NCBI GenBank assembly: GCA_963668025.2
Contig: CAXXTH010000017.1
Span: forward strand, 128,001-192,000
DNA from: Candidatus Hydrogenedentota bacterium
Lineage (GTDB): Bacteria; Hydrogenedentota; Hydrogenedentia; Hydrogenedentales; SLHB01
Length of the DNA: 64,000 bases
Direction: 5' to 3'
The notes under the pieces are model-generated. The model saw only the letters and a list, made by a program, of their open reading frames with translations. It searched no databases and had not been told where the DNA came from. Both the position numbers and the translations under genes were made by a program. How positions within the stretch are numbered: the stretch's first letter is position 1; each line of letters begins with the position of its first letter. Below, piece by piece: positions 61,926 to 64,000 of this stretch.

Positions 61926-62822
61926 ATGAGGACGCATCGCATTGCATTTTCCATGGCTGCTGGATTGTTTGTATTCGTTTTCTTGGCGGGGTGCTCGAGC
62001 AAACCCAATTTTGACTTGCGCCTGAAAGCGGGCGATGTGCGCCAAGTAGAAAGCATCTCCACATCGGCGACCAGCATGCAGGTCATGGGCCAGAGCATGA
62101 AAATAAAAACCAGCGCGGAATATGCGATGGAGTTGAAAGTCGATGGAATCGGGGCGGATTCCGCCGCCAAAATCACCGCCACCTATACCAAATACAACAT
62201 CGATTTAAACATGGATGGAGCCAAGATCGGCAACCTGGATCTAGGCGAAAAAATGAAATCGCTGCTGCCCGACTTTAGTTCTCTCATAGGAAAATCCTTC
62301 ACGTTTGAAATCCTGCCCAACGGCTCGATCCGCAATATGATCGGCCACGACGAAATCATGAAGGTTGTCTTGGACAAAATGGCTCTGTTGACTCCGGATA
62401 GCATGGCCGCCCAACTAAGCAATGAACAAATGTCCAAAATCCTAGAAGCGCAATTATCCGTGCATCCAGGCCAGCAAGTACGCGTGAAAGATACCTGGAC
62501 GGATACCGTTAAAGATCCGGGATTGAAGATGGCGGTGCAGCGCACCTTCACGTTGAAAGAACGCTCGAAGGGCATGCTGCTGCTGGATGTGCAATTGAAA
62601 ATCGATAACGCGGCCATCGAAGGAGCAGGCGGCGGGCCCATGGGTGAAATGAAAGTATCAGGCCAAGGTTCGGGCACAATGCAGGTGGACGAGAACACCG
62701 GCTGGGTCGCCAGCAGTGATATCACCATCCAAGCCAGCGGCCAAGCGGGTGCGGGCGTGATGCAAATCCCCGTGAGCGTCGAAGCGGCATCTAAGTTCAC
62801 CTCCACGCCCGCTGTGAAATAA
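61926..62822 (+). CDS. Lipoprotein (DUF6263-like)
   Basis: LAGC lipobox; LRLKAGD, VKDTW, DENTGW; GAGGGG RBS. Confidence 0.75.
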   Translation: MRTHRIAFSMAAGLFVFVFLAGCSSKPNFDLRLKAGDVRQVESISTSATSMQVMGQSMKIKTSAEYAMELKVDGIGADSAAKITATYTKYNIDLNMDGAKIGNLDLGEKMKSLLPDFSSLIGKSFTFEILPNGSIRNMIGHDEIMKVVLDKMALLTPDSMAAQLSNEQMSKILEAQLSVHPGQQVRVKDTWTDTVKDPGLKMAVQRTFTLKERSKGMLLLDVQLKIDNAAIEGAGGGPMGEMKVSGQGSGTMQVDENTGWVASSDITIQASGQAGAGVMQIPVSVEAASKFTSTPAVK

Positions 62823-62854
62823 GGCGGATGGGGTGGAAAAATAGCCCAAAGAGA

Positions 62855-62958
62855 TTCACCACCAAGAGGCATATCATCCAAAAGGAAATACATGGCCAAA
62901 TGGTTTATTACATATAATGAACGATAACGTTTTTGTGCCTTGGCGTCTTTGTGGTTAA
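62855..62958. repeat. Degenerate inverted pair of the CCAC-N4 family
   Basis: TTCACCACCAAGAGGC versus TTTGTGCCTTGGCGTCTTTGTGGTTAA. Confidence 0.5.
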
Positions 62959-62975
62959 TAAAAACGGTTCAAAAT

Positions 62976-63116
62976 ATGACTGAAACCCATACGCCTGAAT
63001 TCACCTTGCTGATGCCGTGCCTCGACGAGGCGGAAACCCTCGCCGCGTGCATCCGCGCGGCGCAATTTAAAGTGATAGGACGTATTAGCGGGCTTGTCAT
63101 CGCAGTTGTTCTATAA
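62976..63116 (+). pseudogene. Truncated family 2 glycosyltransferase
   Basis: Manual translation MTETHTPEFTLLMPCLDEAETLAACIRAAQ (GT2 N-terminus), then unrelated AT-rich sequence and TAA. Confidence 0.75.
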
Positions 63117-63222
63117 TCTGCGTTCATTTTGTTCCAAAATCATCGCACATTTTACGGAGGTTAATATATAGTAGTACAAGAGATTGTATATACACTTTCG
63201 CAAGTTTGTGAGGATATCTGCT

Positions 63223-63813
63223 ATGCCGAAAAACGCAATACACCTGAAAATTTTCCTAATGGTGATTCTGTTTGGACTTCCTGTGGTTGCACAAAGCGAA
63301 GAAGGCAAGAGTGCATCCGAACAAAAAGACACCGAACTCATTACCGGAGTGACTCTAGACAGTCCCGACAAGACACATTCTCTATCGGTAAAGAAAGACG
63401 AAGCCGCTGGAGGGGAAATCATACTGAAAGATTTTCGTTCTGGTGAAGAGCGGGAAGTTTATGAATATCCCCGAAGCATCTCCGCCATCTGGTCGCCTAA
63501 TAGCGCGTTGTTCCTACTCAACGATGCGGGAGGAAGTGATTATTCTGACTGCTTGGTTTACATCTTGAATGACAAGACACTCATCGATCTTCAAGATATC
63601 CTGAAAGCAAATAAATCATTGAAAGGGTTCTCCGATGATATACCCGGCAAATCCTATCTAGAGGCCAAGAGATGGATCTCAAATAAACGAATAGAACTCA
63701 CTTTGGATGGTTGGATAGATACGGACATAGACGGATCGGGATTGTATGATTTTAATTTGAAACTTATATTCGATCTAGACAAAAAGTCATTTGAAGTGAT
63801 ATCAAAAAAATGA
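63223..63813 (+). CDS. Hypothetical exported protein in AT-rich DNA
   Basis: Signal peptide (FGLPVVA-QS); WSPNS beta-propeller-like motif. Confidence 0.6.
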   Translation: MPKNAIHLKIFLMVILFGLPVVAQSEEGKSASEQKDTELITGVTLDSPDKTHSLSVKKDEAAGGEIILKDFRSGEEREVYEYPRSISAIWSPNSALFLLNDAGGSDYSDCLVYILNDKTLIDLQDILKANKSLKGFSDDIPGKSYLEAKRWISNKRIELTLDGWIDTDIDGSGLYDFNLKLIFDLDKKSFEVISKK

Positions 63814-64000
63814 AGCGCTTCAAAGTCGGCGCAGACATGCCGAATAGCCATAAAAAATAAAAATAACATTACATCCACTTGTAAAAGAATGATATGTAAT
63901 GCCAAATTGCCATAAGAAGCAATTTGGCACATAAACCAGTGAATATATGAGTATGGAAAAATGGCGAACACGGGCTTTGATAAATTCGAGTCTTCTGTCT

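Noticed and set aside
63654-64000. Minus-strand hydrophobic ORF open to the window edge
   Set aside because: Overlaps the 63223-63813 gene by 160 bp and has no recognisable motif; cannot be judged without flanking sequence.

Overview
GC-rich bacterial chromosomal segment; the gene repertoire (xGCP lipoproteins, Thr-type sulfatase, Gfo/Idh oxidoreductases, deltaproteobacteria-like che cluster) suggests a PVC- or Hydrogenedentota-like organism, which is inference only. In order: 3' end of a DDE transposase; polyamine operon (pdaD, DHS-like speY, speB); rimB-like protease and RimK fused to an RCK_C domain; an 11-gene che cluster with no receptor, whose CheA has two Hpt domains and four MshEN-like motifs; Hen1-Pnkp RNA repair pair; sugar/sulfatase catabolic genes; a radical-SAM-like Twitch protein lacking CxxxCxxC; wbqC-degT-wecA; sigma54 two-component system; UDG; CheB-CheR-PAS with REC-HK and REC; aroB; DprE1/DprE2-like genes and DUF374; mscL with a MITE at its stop codon; an AT-rich R-M cassette with a MerR/BldC-like HTH gene; a GntR regulator; a MmeI-family enzyme; malK-galE-galK-ROK (malK and galE carry many single-base frameshifts, probably assembly errors); GDPD; lgt with two paralogous lipoproteins; a truncated GT2 and AT-rich DNA at the right end. 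Intergenic regions hold several REP families, a ~530-bp nested palindrome and a family of paired CCAC-N4...CAC-N4 repeats with site-specific N4. No rRNA, tRNA or CRISPR array was recognised. All protein family calls come from motif recognition, not database searches.
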